A DNA stretch of 64,000 nt. Origin: Octopus bimaculoides (Eukaryota). The position numbers and the translations under genes are program-made. Every line of letters begins with the position of its first letter. Positions within the stretch are counted from its first letter, which is position 1. The notes beneath the pieces were generated by a model that made no database searches, was not told the origin of the DNA, and worked only from the letters and a program-made list of their open reading frames with translations. Positions 39,528 to 53,493 of the stretch are shown here, piece after piece. Where the stretch lies: assembly GCF_001194135.2 (NCBI RefSeq), contig NC_068983.1, positions 9,553,524-9,617,523 of the forward strand, read 5' to 3'.

Positions 39528-41584
39528 TACATATATGTGTATATGCCTCTATACGTATATGGTTATGTGTATGCATACATAAAATACAAATGATTATATC
39601 CATATATGCGTATATATACGTATATATGTATATATTTGTGGGTGGCATGTATAACCATGATTTAAAAAGAAGAAGATAATGAATAATTAAACTCGATAAG
39701 CGAGTCAATGTATTCACAAACCCATTATATCTAATGAAGTAGTACAACTCCCTTTTATGTAAATATTAAGTGACCCGAATGAAGTGAAAGATAAACTTAA
39801 ATGGATATTTTGCTGGAAATTAAGTAGTTTATTTCTTAGAGATTATTATAAAAGTAGACAATACCAAGTAACGGTTACGAATATAAAATAAACTAGGTTG
39901 AACGATAACAAATTTAAGTAATTTAAGTTAAGTAACTAGAAATGATATGGATTCATTAAAAATTATGAATCAGAGTCACTTTTAGAGTATTTAATTATAC
40001 ATTTATCTATATCTGTGTGAAATATGCACTTATAAAATTACATGTATAAATATATATATATATATATANNNNNNNNNNNNNNNNNNNNNNNNNNNNNNNN
40101 NNNNNNNNNNNNNNNNNNNNNNNNNNNNNNNNNNNNNNNNNNNNNNNNNNNNNNNNNNNNNNNNNNNNNNNNNNNNNNNNNNNNNNNNNNNNNNNNNNNN
40201 NNNNNNNNNNNNNNNNNNNNNNNNNNNNNNNNNNNNNNNNNNNNNNNNNNNNNNNNNNNNNNNNNNNNNNNNNNNNNNNNNNNNNNNNNNNNNNNNNNNN
40301 NNNNNNNNNNNNNNNNNNNNNNNNNNNNNNNNNNNNNNNNNNNNNNNNNNNNNNNNNNNNNNNNNNNNNNNNNNNNNNNNNNNNNNNNNNNNNNNNNNNN
40401 NNNNNNNNNNNNNNNNNNNNNNNNNNNNNNNNNNNNNNNNNNNNNNNNNNNNNNNNNNNNNNNNNNNNNNNNNNNNNNNNNNNNNNNNNNNNNNNNNNNN
40501 NNNNNNNNNNNNNNNNNNNNNNNNNNNNNNNNNNNNNNNNNNNNNNNNNNNNNNNNNNNNNNNNNNNNNNNNNNNNNNNNNNNNNNNNNNNNNNNNNNNN
40601 NNNNNNNNNNNNNNNNNNNNNNNNNNNNNNNNNNNNNNNNNNNNNNNNNNNNNNNNNNNNNNNNNNNNNNNNNNNNNNNNNNNNNNNNNNNNNNNNNNNN
40701 NNNNNNNNNNNNNNNNNNNNNNNNNNNNNNNNNNNNNNNNNNNNNNNNNNNNNNNNNNNNNNNNNNNNNNNNNNNNNNNNNNNNNNNNNNNNNNNNNNNN
40801 NNNNNNNNNNNNNNNNNNNNNTATATATATATATATATATATATTATTGTTATTATATTTTACTATATTATATTATATAATATATATGTTTACATAACTA
40901 ATTAACAATACGTTGGAATGTGGTAGAAAGTTAGTGTGAGTGAACTGAAGGCTAATGCATTATAATAGCTCGGAGTTGTTAATTTAAAGCGGTTATCTTA
41001 TTACAATACATGAGTTTACTGTAGTATATTATATTATATGGAATGTTATGTATTACTAGAAAAAAATCAGGAATATGCGACGAAAGAAGTAAGACAAGAG
41101 AAATATGAAGTAAGTGAAAAAGAAGTTATTTAAAGGGAAAACAGCTGAAAAGAAAATCTAGGTGTACCAGAAATATAAATAAGAATATAAGGCCAACATA
41201 TTATAAATACAAAAGCATTAAAGTACATGCACCCAGGTCAAACGAATACGCCCAGGTTATGTAAATACAAGAACACCCACAAAAGTAGACATGTATACAC
41301 ACATGCACACACAGATATATATACATATATAGAGAGACAGACAGACAAACAGAAACGGATTGATATGTGTGTTTGTGTGTATGTGTAAATGAGTAACAAA
41401 GATGGACGGCCATTTCAAGCGGCTCCTTTAATTGATTACTGAAAGCATTACATCAATTTGAAAGAAATCGTTCTCGTCATGTGACCACATAGAGTTCAAC
41501 CATAAGAATATAACCATTTTCAAACATTGTAATTCCTGAAAATTTATTCTGGCCAGTTCTACTCTATTATGAAATAGGATTATT

Positions 41585-42130
41585 CAATATTGTTTGTTTC
41601 GTAGTATTTGTTTTAGTTCTTGGAGTCTTTTAGTCTGAGATTCAATATTTGAAACTATCGCACATATTCTTCATACTAGAATAAATGTATCTAAAGTGGC
41701 ATAAAATGTATAATAAGTATTGTAAATATTCTTTTGAATTTGACAGTATAGAGTGGATACTGGTTTCAGTAATCATGGCATCTTATATGATAAAGATATG
41801 AAGAAAATATAGCTGGATGTGACTGTATTCCATTGTGAAGTGTATATTTCTGTGTGTTACAACTTACGGTTTTGACGTCATTAAATTGTCCAAGACCGTG
41901 GGTCCACAGAATGAGATAATCATCCAAGTAATCTTTCTATTATTGTATAGTGGCTGGTGACACATTAAATTTTTCAGGGATTTGAGCTTCAATATATGTC
42001 ATGACAAACTTTGCATAAGCATGGCGACATTTGTGCCCATTCCAGTCCCAGATGTTAGTTCGTAAATGCAGCAGAGGAATTAGGAAATGTAATTTTCTTG
42101 GCCGAATATTAGTTCATGATTAAGTAGTTT
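41585..42130 (-). pseudogene. Decayed Penelope-like element reverse transcriptase fragment
   Basis: Minus-strand peptides YELTSGTGMGTNVA..YAKFVMTYIE, DYLDDYLILWTHG, LYFLHI, SKEYLQY and RICAIVSNIESQTKRLQELKQIL resemble PLE RT motifs (GTAMG, RYIDD, FLD and C-terminal extension); many stops and frameshifts. Confidence 0.82.
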
Positions 42131-44144
42131 TATTCTTGAACGCTGTAGAGTATTGTTTGTTGGGGTCTGCCGTTCAGTTCTTGACCATTAACAACAATTT
42201 TAGTGGTCAAAATTTGACAATTTGAATGTATCAGTGTATCAGTGTATTTGAATGCATCTGTGTATTGAGTATACGTATGTGTACATGTGTATGGCATTTT
42301 ATCATTTATATCTGTGCATTGTGCATGCTTATTTCATTCTCTGCTTATATATATGTACGCATGAATGGATAAAAGGTTAGAGAGACCCATAAGCATATAT
42401 TCATGTGGATAAAAATATGTATACAACGATATATATAATATAAATATACATTTATGAATATATTTATATGTATATAGATAGATAGGTAGATAATATACAT
42501 CGATGTCTCTCTCCATATATATACATATATATAGAGAGAGAGAGACATCGATGTACATTATCTTTCTATCTATCTGACGACGGGTAAATATCCAGAAACC
42601 CGGGTCCGTGCGTCTCACGTCAGATCGACGATGGGAAGAATGGCTTCCCCTTGCAAATACTGATAGGGCACAGAAAGCGTGTCAATAGCCACCTGGAGGA
42701 GATGTCTTCCTGGGGCTACAAGCTACAGTAGCATCCACCCTTAGTGGTTAGCCACATTTAAGTGGCAAATATACTTCACGTTGTCGTGCAGCTACTGTTT
42801 ATACCTCGCTCAGAGATTTATTATTGCTTATATATATATATATATATATATNNNNNNNNNNNNNNNNNNNNNNNNNNNNNNNNNNNNNNNNNNNNNNNNN
42901 NNNNNNNNNNNNNNNNNNNNNNNNNNNNNNNNNNNNNNNNNNNNNNNNNNNNNNNNNNNNNNNNNNNNNNNNNNNNNNNNNNNNNNNNNNNNNNNNNNNN
43001 NNNNNNNNNNNNNNNNNNNNNNNNNNNNNNNNNNNNNNNNNNNNNNNNNNNNNNNNNNNNNNNNNNNNNNNNNNNNNNNNNNNNNNNNNNNNNNNNNNNN
43101 NNNNNNNNNNNNNNNNNNNNNNNNNNNNNNNNNNNNNNNNNNNNNNNNNNNNNNNNNNNNNNNNNNNNNNNNNNNNNNNNNNNNNNNNNNNNNNNNNNNN
43201 NNNNNNNNNNNNNNNNNNNNNNNNNNNNNNNNNNNNNNNNNNNNNNNNNNNNNNNNNNNNNNNNNNNNNNNNNNNNNNNNNNNNNNNNNNNNNNNNNNNN
43301 NNNNNNNNNNNNNNNNNNNNNNNNNNNNNNNNNNNNNNNNNNNNNNNNNNNNNNNNNNNNNNNNNNNNNNNNNNNNNNNNNNNNNNNNNNNNNNNNNNNN
43401 NNNNNNNNNNNNNNNNNNNNNNNNNNNNNNNNNNNNNNNNNNNNNNNNNNNNNNNNNNNNNNNNNNNNNNNNNNNNNNNNNNNNNNNNNNNNNNNNNNNN
43501 NNNNNNNNNNNNNNNNNNNNNNNNNNNNNNNNNNNNNNNNNNNNNNNNNNNNNNNNNNNNNNNNNNNNTATATATATATATATATATATTGATATGACCC
43601 AAAACGACCCTTGCGAGATACACACTGGACTGAGCATTTATAGAGAGTAGCGGTCGGAGTGTTATATGCGTTAGTTGGAATGAGTTCGCAATGAAGTCAG
43701 AAGGTGTTGGTTGGTTAGTTCGCTGGTTCATGAAGAGACGGTTTGATCGTTACTTTGTTATTACGGCTGCAACGTTATCTTGTTTATTGTTACTACACTG
43801 ATAAAGCGTATTTAAACCATCCCTCACAATATCACGGTGATACTATGACGTTTGGAGACGGAGAATACGACAATTTGCGTATATATATGTGTGTATGGGT
43901 GTGTGTGTATGTGTGTGTGTGGGGGGTGTATTTCTAACCTACTTGAGAAACAACAAATGATCGAATCAAAACTCACGATTTTACTCCATAGCCCTCAGGA
44001 CAATCGTGAGGTCTCAGTTATTAGTACCGCTCTAAGGCATATAACACAGATGACTATAATAAAAACACTGTTCTCTATCTGCTAATGTATTGAGTTCTTT
44101 ATGATATATATAGATTGATTGATACATACATACGTTCATACACG

Positions 44145-44185
<41 letters not shown>

Positions 44186-45899
44186 NNNNNNNNNNNNNNN
44201 NNNNNNNNNNNNNNNNNNNNNNNNNNNNNNNNNNNNNNNNNNNNNNNNNNNNNNNNNNNNNNNNNNNNNNNNNNNNNNNNNNNNNNNNNNNNNNNNNNNN
44301 NNNNNNNNNNNNNNNNNNNNNNNNNNNNNNNNNNNNNNNNNNNNNNNNNNNNNNNNNNNNNNNNNNNNNNNNNNNNNNNNNNNNNNNNNNNNNNNNNNNN
44401 NNNNNNNNNNNNNNNNNNNNNNNNNNNNNNNNNNNNNNNNNNNNNNNNNNNNNNNNNNNNNNNNNNNNNNNNNNNNNNNNNNNNNNNNNNNNNNNNNNNN
44501 NNNNNNNNNNNNNNNNNNNNNNNNNNNNNNNNNNNNNNNNNNNNNNNNNNNNNNNNNNNNNNNNNNNNNNNNNNNNNNNNNNNNNNNNNNNNNNNNNNNN
44601 NNNNNNNNNNNNNNNNNNNNNNNNNNNNNNNNNNNNNNNNNNNNNNNNNNNNNNNNNNNNNNNNNNNNNNNNNNNNNNNNNNNNNNNNNNNNNNNNNNNN
44701 NNNNNNNNNNNNNNNNNNNNNNNNNNNNNNNNNNNNNNNNNNNNNNNNNNNNNNNNNNNNNNNNNNNNNNNNNNNNNNNNNNNNNNNNNNNNNNNNNNNN
44801 NNNNNNNNNNNNNNNNNNNNNNNNNNNNNNNNNNNNNNNNNNNNNNNNNNNNNNNNNNNNNNNNNNNNNNNNNNNNNNNNNNNNNNNNNNNNNNNNNNNN
44901 NNNNNNNNNNNNNNNNNNNNNNNNNNNNNNNNNNNNNNNNNNNNNNNNNNNNNNNNNNNNNNNNNNNNNNNNNNNNNNNNNNNNNNNNNNNNNNNNNNNN
45001 NNNNNNNNNNNNNNNNNNNNNNNNNNNNNNNNNNNNNNNNATATATATATATATATACGTAGGTACATTTATATATGGAGTTTTATGTATATATCTATCC
45101 GTAAATGTGTACATACATCAATAGATACGTTTATATATACGTTCATGTATATGTGGGTATATATGTATATATATGCATGACGATGAAAATATATGCGTGC
45201 GTGTATATATATACTCACGGATGTACCTATCTGTCTAGATGCGTGTTTACATATACGCATGCATGCATTCATGACTATTCCCCCTATAGTTGCAAAAGTA
45301 GGACGTATATTCAACCGTAGGACCCTTAACTCTCTCGGCCTTCTTAATTAGAAGTTAGAGGTTCATACCCCGGAGAGATTAATTAACATTTAGCAGAAGC
45401 TTTGTCCTGCAGGAAATGCTAGATCTTCTATATAACCTGTCATAAACTGTCTGAAGAATTCGATAATATATATATACTTGTGTATGCGTTCCGGAATTAA
45501 TCAAGCGATCACGTACAGCCTGTTCTAATCACGAATGTATGCAGTATGGAATCAATGGATAATTACTAGGTAATCAGATATATAAAGATATACAATTCAC
45601 AAGACATGTATGTACAGGTTCAAACAGAAACATTTGTATCAGCCTCCCACATAGATATTTATGTGTATGTATATGTGTGTGTGTGTGAGTGAGTGTGTGT
45701 GCATTTGTATGAATGTGCGTGTATATTTGTATGTACGTTGTATGCTAACGAAAAGTATTATGCATGTATAAACTTGTTTGTATGGGCATGTATACGCATC
45801 ATACATGTATACACATATTTGTATACATGTATATAAATATATTTATGTATTATATGTATGTGTATTATATATTTATACACATACACACACACAAACACA

Positions 45900-45944
<45 letters not shown>

Positions 45945-48100
45945 TAGACATGTGTATGACTCAATATATAGAAATATATATATATACATTTTATATATGC
46001 ATACAGATGTGTATGTGTGTATATATACATGTGCATATATATATGTNNNNNNNNNNNNNNNNNNNNNNNNNNNNNNNNNNNNNNNNNNNNNNNNNNNNNN
46101 NNNNNNNNNNNNNNNNNNNNNNNNNNNNNNNNNNNNNNNNNNNNNNNNNNNNNNNNNNNNNNNNNNNNNNNNNNNNNNNNNNNNNNNNNNNNNNNNNNNN
46201 NNNNNNNNNNNNNNNNNNNNNNNNNNNNNNNNNNNNNNNNNNNNNNNNNNNNNNNNNNNNNNNNNNNNNNNNNNNNNNNNNNNNNNNNNNNNNNNNNNNN
46301 TATATATATATATATTGACTCATACGCTATATATACAAGCATTTGCTTGTATATACATACCTGTAAAGCATATATGTATATGAACACGAGCAAGTATAAT
46401 CTATTACTTAACATCTATGCTGAGATATATGTATCTGTGAGCCTACGTATGTGTGCTTGTGTGAATGTCTGTGTGCGCGCTTGTGTGTGTGCGCGCTTGT
46501 ATATGTATGTGTGTGTTTGTGTGTTTGTTTAAATTTATGTGTATGTATCATTATATTTATTATCCTTGCGTCATGAATAAAGATGCGTATATGAGAATTT
46601 GCAGCCATGAATTCGGAATCAATATATTTGGGATATATTGTTCTCAATTGTAATACCACAGGATCACCGAGAAGGTAGATAATATATTAACTAAAATATA
46701 TAAAAATAGATAATAGTATATTAAATAAAATATATAGGAAGAGAATACAACAAATAAAGTCTTCGAAACGTTACCAAATGTATGGGAAGACAGAACAAGA
46801 AAAGATTTGATATGAAGAACATAAGTAGAGTGGCAGAAGAAATACATTCTAATCTTATGTTATGTGGGTCTTCTATTTTTTTTGGTTTTTTGGTTTTTCA
46901 ATAAATCACATTGTCTTCCTTTTATAAAGACATAATGCCACAAAAGAAATGACTGCTTCCCTTTCCTCGTTCGATTTCTGTCTGAAATGAATCAATGAAT
47001 CTAAATGTCACCGATTCATTCGGCAATACTGACCACGTTTTTATCTATTTTGCGCTTTCAATATGTATATATGGATACATATATGTATGCATGACTACAA
47101 TTTGGCGTGCAATGTATGAATTTATAGAATCTCGTTGCAGTCACATTAAGCTCTTCTAGTCGACTCGGCTACCATACCACATAGTTATCCATTGCGATAA
47201 CTATAACAAGCTGTAATCCAGGAGATCCAATCTATGTAATTATTGCATAGGGAGTATATAGATCATAAAACGTCAAGAGATATGAGATGAAGACTACGAA
47301 ATGGCCGTAAATCTATGGATATCTAGTGGTTGGATAAATATGGCCACCTCTCATGCCTCCTGACTTGTTATGATATATACATACATATATATATGATAGA
47401 TAGATAAAGCGAGAGAGAGAGAGAGAGANNNNNNNNNNNNNNNNNNNNNNNNNNNNNNNNNNNNNNNNNNNNNNNNNNNNNNNNNNNNNNNNNNNNNNNN
47501 NNNNNNNNNNNNNNNNNNNNNNNNNNNNNNNNNNNNNNNNNNNNNNNNNNNNNNNNNNNNNNNNNNNNNNNNNNNNNNNNNNNNNNNNNNNNNNNNNNNN
47601 NNNNNNNNNNNNNNNNNNNNNNNNNNNNNNNNNNNNNNNNNNNNNNNNNNNNNNNNNNNNNNNNNNNNNNNNNNNNNNNNNNNNNNNNNNNNNNNNNNNN
47701 NNNNNNNNNNNNNNNNNNNNNNNNNNNNNNNNNNNNNNNNNNNNNNNNNNNNNNNNNNNNNNNNNNNNNNNNNNNNNNNNNNNNNNNNNNNNNNNNNNNN
47801 NNNNNNNNNNNNNNNNNNNNNNNNNNNNNNNNNNNNNNNNNNNNNNNNNNNNNNNNNNNNNNNNNNNNNNNNNNNNNNNNNNNNNNNNNNNNNNNNNNNN
47901 NNNNNNNNNNNNNNNNNNNNNNNNNNNNNNNNNNNNNNNNNNNNNNNNNNNNNNNNNNNNNGGTAGTTCCGTTGTATTTCACCTCTGCGACCGTCTACCA
48001 ATAGTAAGGAAAATAAGAAAAGTATTCAGGCGCATTTCTAAACTTGTTGCAAGATTTTTATTGAATGCGGAAATTTGTCGCATTATTTTACTGTTTTTCA

Positions 48101-48286
48101 CGACGGGCGAAATGCTTAGCGGTATTTCGTCTGTCTTTATGTTCTGAGTTCAAATTCCGCCGAGGTTGACTTTGCCTTTCATCCTTTCGGGGTCGATAAA
48201 TTAAGTACCAGTTGCGTACTGGGGATCGATCTAATCGGCCGCCCCCTCCAACAAAAAATTCTGGCCTTGTGCCTAGAGTAGAAAAG
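48101..48286 (+). mobile_element. SINE family C (tail type 2), 5' truncated, 16-bp TSD
   Basis: attattttactgtttt at 48082-48097 and 48287-48302; B box GTTCAAATTCC. Confidence 0.92.
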
Positions 48287-48382
48287 ATTATTTTACTGTT
48301 TTGCTCGCCTGGAGAATGGAGAGAGATGTTCTAAATATGTAAGTTGTGTTTGCCTTATTATGTCACCATAGAGAAGTCGACA

Positions 48383-48585
48383 AGCTGGAAGAATCGTTAG
48401 CATGCCGGACGAAATGCTTACCGGCGTTTCGTCTGTTTTTACCTTCTGAGTTCAAATGCCGCCGAAATCGACTTTGCCTTTAATCTTTTCAGGGACTAAA
48501 AAAATAAGTACCAATTGAGCAATAAGAGTCGATGATATCGACTTAAACTCACCCCCGAAAATGCTGGTCTTGTGTTAAAATCTAA
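48383..48585 (+). mobile_element. SINE family C, older copy
   Basis: agctggaagaatcgttagcatgccgg...gttcaaatgccgccg...taagtacca. Confidence 0.85.
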
Positions 48586-49239
48586 ATTATAACGGCAGAG
48601 AAACATATGTAATGTACAAAATATTTTCATAAAACAACTTTATCGCAATAATAATTATCTTCGTAGACATCGTGTTACGTTGTGGTTATATCGTAAAATT
48701 TATCGATATATGTTAATAATAATAACAGCAATCGTTGCTATATAGTATCGAAAATATGAAACCAATTCATATTAAACATGCATACACGCGTGTATATGTA
48801 TGTATACATATATTAATATACATGCATATATATAAGATACAGAAATAAATTTATTTCTCAACCGCGTGATAATGCTATAAATAGCGTGATCAGGATAAAT
48901 TATCCATTTATTGCAGATAAATACGTTACTGGACAGCCATGAGACTCGAACTTACCTCTTTGTGATTACGCGTCAAGTGTTTTACCATTAAACTAAACTT
49001 CCCAACAACGAATCTTTCTGCCATTTTAGAACTTATAAATTTAGCTTCATAAGACGCTAACGTTAAATTCAACTTTACGCTTCTAAAAAAGAACAAACTT
49101 TGTTTGTTTACTTTCATCGTAAAGTTATATATATATAGCGTTCATACACACACAATTTTTCTCGTCTGGCCGTAAAGCCTTTTCTGTTTGTTTTCCTGTC
49201 TTGTTTTGTGTCCGCCACTACATTCCTCCATGGCAAGAT

Positions 49240-49414
49240 TTAATTTGTGTATACAAATTTAATTTGCGGTCCATGGGAAGAGCCGTTTTAACGATGCGTC
49301 CTGCCCAGCTCTTCGAAACGCCGGTGTTAAAACGGGGGTAGCTGATGAAGTAGAATGTTCTCTATGTGGCTTGTGTGTTTTCTCGTCTACGTTTTGTTTG
49401 CAATGTCCTGTACC
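49240..49414 (+). mobile_element. Old interspersed repeat 3' end, homologous to 37740-37971
   Basis: Same motifs and the same gtcctgtacc end. Confidence 0.6.
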
Positions 49415-49987
49415 NNNNNNNNNNNNNNNNNNNNNNNNNNNNNNNNNNNNNNNNNNNNNNNNNNNNNNNNNNNNNNNNNNNNNNNNNNNNNNNNNNNNNN
49501 NNNNNNNNNNNNNNNNNNNNNNNNNNNNNNNNNNNNNNNNNNNNNNNNNNNNNNNNNNNNNNNNNNNNNNNNNNNNNNNNNNNNNNNNNNTATATATATA
49601 TATATATGCATCAATATACATATATATGCACCAAATACATATATATATACACACACATATGTTTTATATAGAGGTTCATTATTAGACATATGTTTACACA
49701 AATATACCTGAGTCTACATATTTCTGGAAGTGGCTTTTAACCTTCAAACTCTGTCATTACCATTTCTCATGTACTTTTCCTCTTGTTTTTATTTTTTCGA
49801 CGGTGGTCTTTTCCATACAGTTAAATGCTTACTCAAATAAACTTATGCTTCATTTTCGGAGATTCTTTGATGCTATAAGGTGATATACAAGCACTCAGCT
49901 CTGATTGCACAGCATCCTATTGCAGAAACAGCAGTAAGCTAATGAGTTTCATAAGATAATTACCTGTTACTTTGCCATTTATTTAAA

Positions 49988-50018
<31 letters not shown>

Positions 50019-50021
<3 letters not shown>

Positions 50022-50615
50022 GATTCGGTGAATAAATTGTCGTCTAAATTACGCAAAAATGAAAACAACACTGACATCTCGTTTTAACAGATATATTTAC
50101 CAAAATTACATAAAAATATATTGAAATACTAAACAATAAATGTATTAAATAAAATGGCGATTGGCTTCAACTACGGCCTCCAGACGACTTTGGAATCTTC
50201 TGCAACTCTTCTGGAGTTTAAGTTGCTGAATACAGCCATAATCCTTGCCTTCAGTTCATCTTCGGTGGTACTAATTGTGTCGTTGGTCTCTCGCTCAAAT
50301 GCACCTACACATAATAATCAAGGGGGTTCCAGCCTGGGGAGTTAGGTAGTGTGGTCGCAGAAACTGTCTGACAGCCATGGCTAGGTTCTTCTGCTTGTGT
50401 GGCATGGTGCAGAGTCCTGTTGCCAGATATAGGTTATTCCAACAGTCACCCACTCGGTACAGGGAAGCACTTCCTCCTCCAGGTACTTCATGTAGGTCTA
50501 AGCGTTGAGTGTGAGGTTGTGTGGGAAGATGAATGGGTGTATAACGACGCCATCATAAGTCATCACTCCAAACATCATGATGTTGTCTGGATGTTCGAGT
50601 ATTATTATTTTCGGT
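50019..50615 (-). mobile_element. Decayed Tc1/mariner transposon, 3' half (maT/DD37D-like motifs)
   Basis: CAGGATTCGGTGAATAAATTG terminus after a TA run; minus-strand peptides IMMFGV...PFIFP, YIWQQDSAPCHTSRR, PNSPGWNPLDYYV, DELKARIMA; a deletion prevents counting the D-D spacing. Confidence 0.88.
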
Positions 50616-50673
50616 AAATGTCCTTAGATACTGTCCTCAGATTCACAAACAATCTGAAATGTCCGTATTGGAG

Positions 50674-50849
50674 CTTCCGGCGCGAATGCCAAACAGTACT
50701 GCATGTCGTTTCCAAATTTCTGACAGGGTGAATGGTGCTGTTTTTCTCACAAACAGTGCCCAACTGACCCTTTTATACTGTGTAGTTGACAAAATAAATA
50801 ATAAAAAAACAGTCGTGCGCATGCGCGAAACTAAGAATATTAAATGGCG
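50674..50849. promoter_or_regulatory. Possible TATA-less promoter motif cluster (ETS, NRF1, YY1-like)
   Basis: CTTCCGG at 50674-50680, TGCGCATGCGC at 50816-50826, AAATGGCG at 50842-50849 in CpG-retaining unique sequence. Confidence 0.3.
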
Positions 50850-51444
50850 ACAATTTACCCATCGCATGTACGTATTGAAAGCAAAGCAAAATCAGAGAGT
50901 TTCTACGTGAAGCATTTAGTGTTGCCGGGAATAAACTTCCCTGCTTTGTTTTACCTGATACACTTATATATACGCACATGGGAATATATATCTGTACGTA
51001 TGTGTGTGTATGCGAGTGTTTGTGTGTATATTATTTTTCCACAACAAGTGGGTTGACAGAGAGTTCGAATTTTCGGCCTACTCGTCATCGTGGGAATATT
51101 GTGAACTTAGGTTAATTTTGTCTTTATATATTTTGTGGCAAGCTGTTAATCTGAAAAACGGCAGTGTTATGCGAAATGATAATTAAGTTTCTTTATGTAC
51201 ATCTGGGAGATACATCTGTAGGGAGTGAGACAGAAGAGAATAGGAGACAAGGATATTTCTACAGTGAATCTCTGTTGGTGGATAGATACGAATGCAGAGA
51301 GCTTATCCTTTGAAGTGAAGTCGTGTGATTGCTAAATTGTTTTTATAGCAAAACGAAATAAAATCAAACGTGTATATAATCATATATCTTATGCATACAT
51401 ACACACACGCATACACTGAAGCATATTTATTTATTTATTTATTT

Positions 51445-51488
51445 ATGTGTTTCAGCCAAGTGGCTGCGGTCATGCTGGTGCACCACCG
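51445..51488 (-). mobile_element. SINE family A tail fragment
   Basis: tgtttcagcc...ggctgcggtcatgctggtgcaccacc. Confidence 0.7.
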
Positions 51489-52466
51489 TGGTGAGAAGCT
51501 GAACGTAATACCTAATATTTGGGCATAAATTTAACAGTAAGATTAACTATCTCCACACACCTTAAAAGTTATCGTAAAATCGTACTCAAACTCCAAGTTA
51601 TCTTTGAAGTTTTTACAAAGCTATGACGTCATGAATAAACTTCCATATATATTTGTATGTGTGTGTACATGTTTGTACATTGGTATATATATATATATGA
51701 GTATTGCATTTTAGTATGTATATGTGAGTGTATGTATATATGCATGTATGTATGTATAATTTTTTTAAATGCTAACTTAAATACATTTAGAGAAAAACCA
51801 GCGAGTTTTTTTTTTAATGTAGTAATGTAAAGGGAATGATGAAAATAACTTGTTAATCAATGAAAACCATCGTGTATGCATACATGTACGTACGTACATA
51901 TGTATGTACACACACACACACACAAGCACACAAGCATACACACTCACACATATATATATCTTGGACGATTGCTTTGCATATCTCCACCGAATACTGTGTT
52001 AATGGTCACGTCATGCAAAAATCACTTGTTTTCTCCATAGTTCAATTCTAAAAGCATTGTGACATGCAGAAATATTAGTATTATCGATCTGCTCTCACAT
52101 AAATATCGATAAAATATATCTTTTCCTTTTATATAATAGCAATTTATCACATGACATGTTCTCGATTCTCAAGGCTGTTTAGTGTAACAAAAATCTAATT
52201 ACAAATATGTATCTAATATACATATATATATACACACACATATATATAAATATGCACGCATAAACGAGCAACTGTGCGCATGTACGTTTGTATTTATATA
52301 TGAGGTACTTTAACTCTATTCAAAGATAGAAGTGTCAAAACCAACAATCTTATTTCTGAATGTACAATTAAAGTAAGTGGAAACACCATTTTTTTCTACC
52401 GACTTTTTAACGCTCAGTATACTTCACGTTTATTTCCTCATAAAGACTTCCAAGTATATTGTGGTT

Positions 52467-52521
<55 letters not shown>

Positions 52522-52910
52522 CATTCTCTCATTCTCTTTCTCTTTGGTCGTCTCACACTCTCACTTTACTTTTTGCTCATTGTATAAATACATATGTGTA
52601 TGTGAGTGTGCGCGTGTGAGTGCTTGAGTGTGTATGTATGCATACACATATACATACATACACAGATTATGCACATACATATATGTCTATAGACACATAC
52701 AGTGTATTTATATATATATGTGTGTGTGTGTATGTATATATACTATACGTATATACATATACATTGTCTATACATGCATATGTATTATATACATATGTAT
52801 TTATGCAATTTTATATATACTTTTATACATTATTTATATAGTAAAGACTTTCCTCTCTCTCTCTCTTTCTCTGTCTGTCTCTCTCTCCACACACACACAC
52901 ACACACACAT

Positions 52911-52955
<45 letters not shown>

Positions 52956-53454
52956 CTTATATATGTGTGTGTGCATTCTTGTATTTCCCTTTACCGTTAA
53001 TCTTTATATACATACGTACATATATATATATATATATATATATAACGAGAGAGAGAAAGAGAGAGAGTGGAGGAGACTCATCTACATGCAGTTTCACTCA
53101 ATCTCACCGTTTACATACGCACAAACACACACACACAAACACACACATACACACATATACACACACACCTAATCGTGATCTACAAATATAAACTGCATGC
53201 ACGGCATTGTATATTTATATTGCTGGATGCGTAAACAATTTGCTGGAAGTGTTCAAAGACATAATGCAATTGTTGTTTCGACAATGCAGTAACGACGAAG
53301 AAGCTGTATATGAAAATAATTTTATGAGACTTCTTTTTTCTTCTTTTTTCTTCCTTTTCTTGTTGTGGTTTGAAGGGTGGGGGTGTCGATGAGCCTTGTG
53401 GTGTTCAACAAAGTAACTTTCTTCAATCTTCAAAGCTCTGATTTGGTGATACCA

Positions 53455-53493
<39 letters not shown>

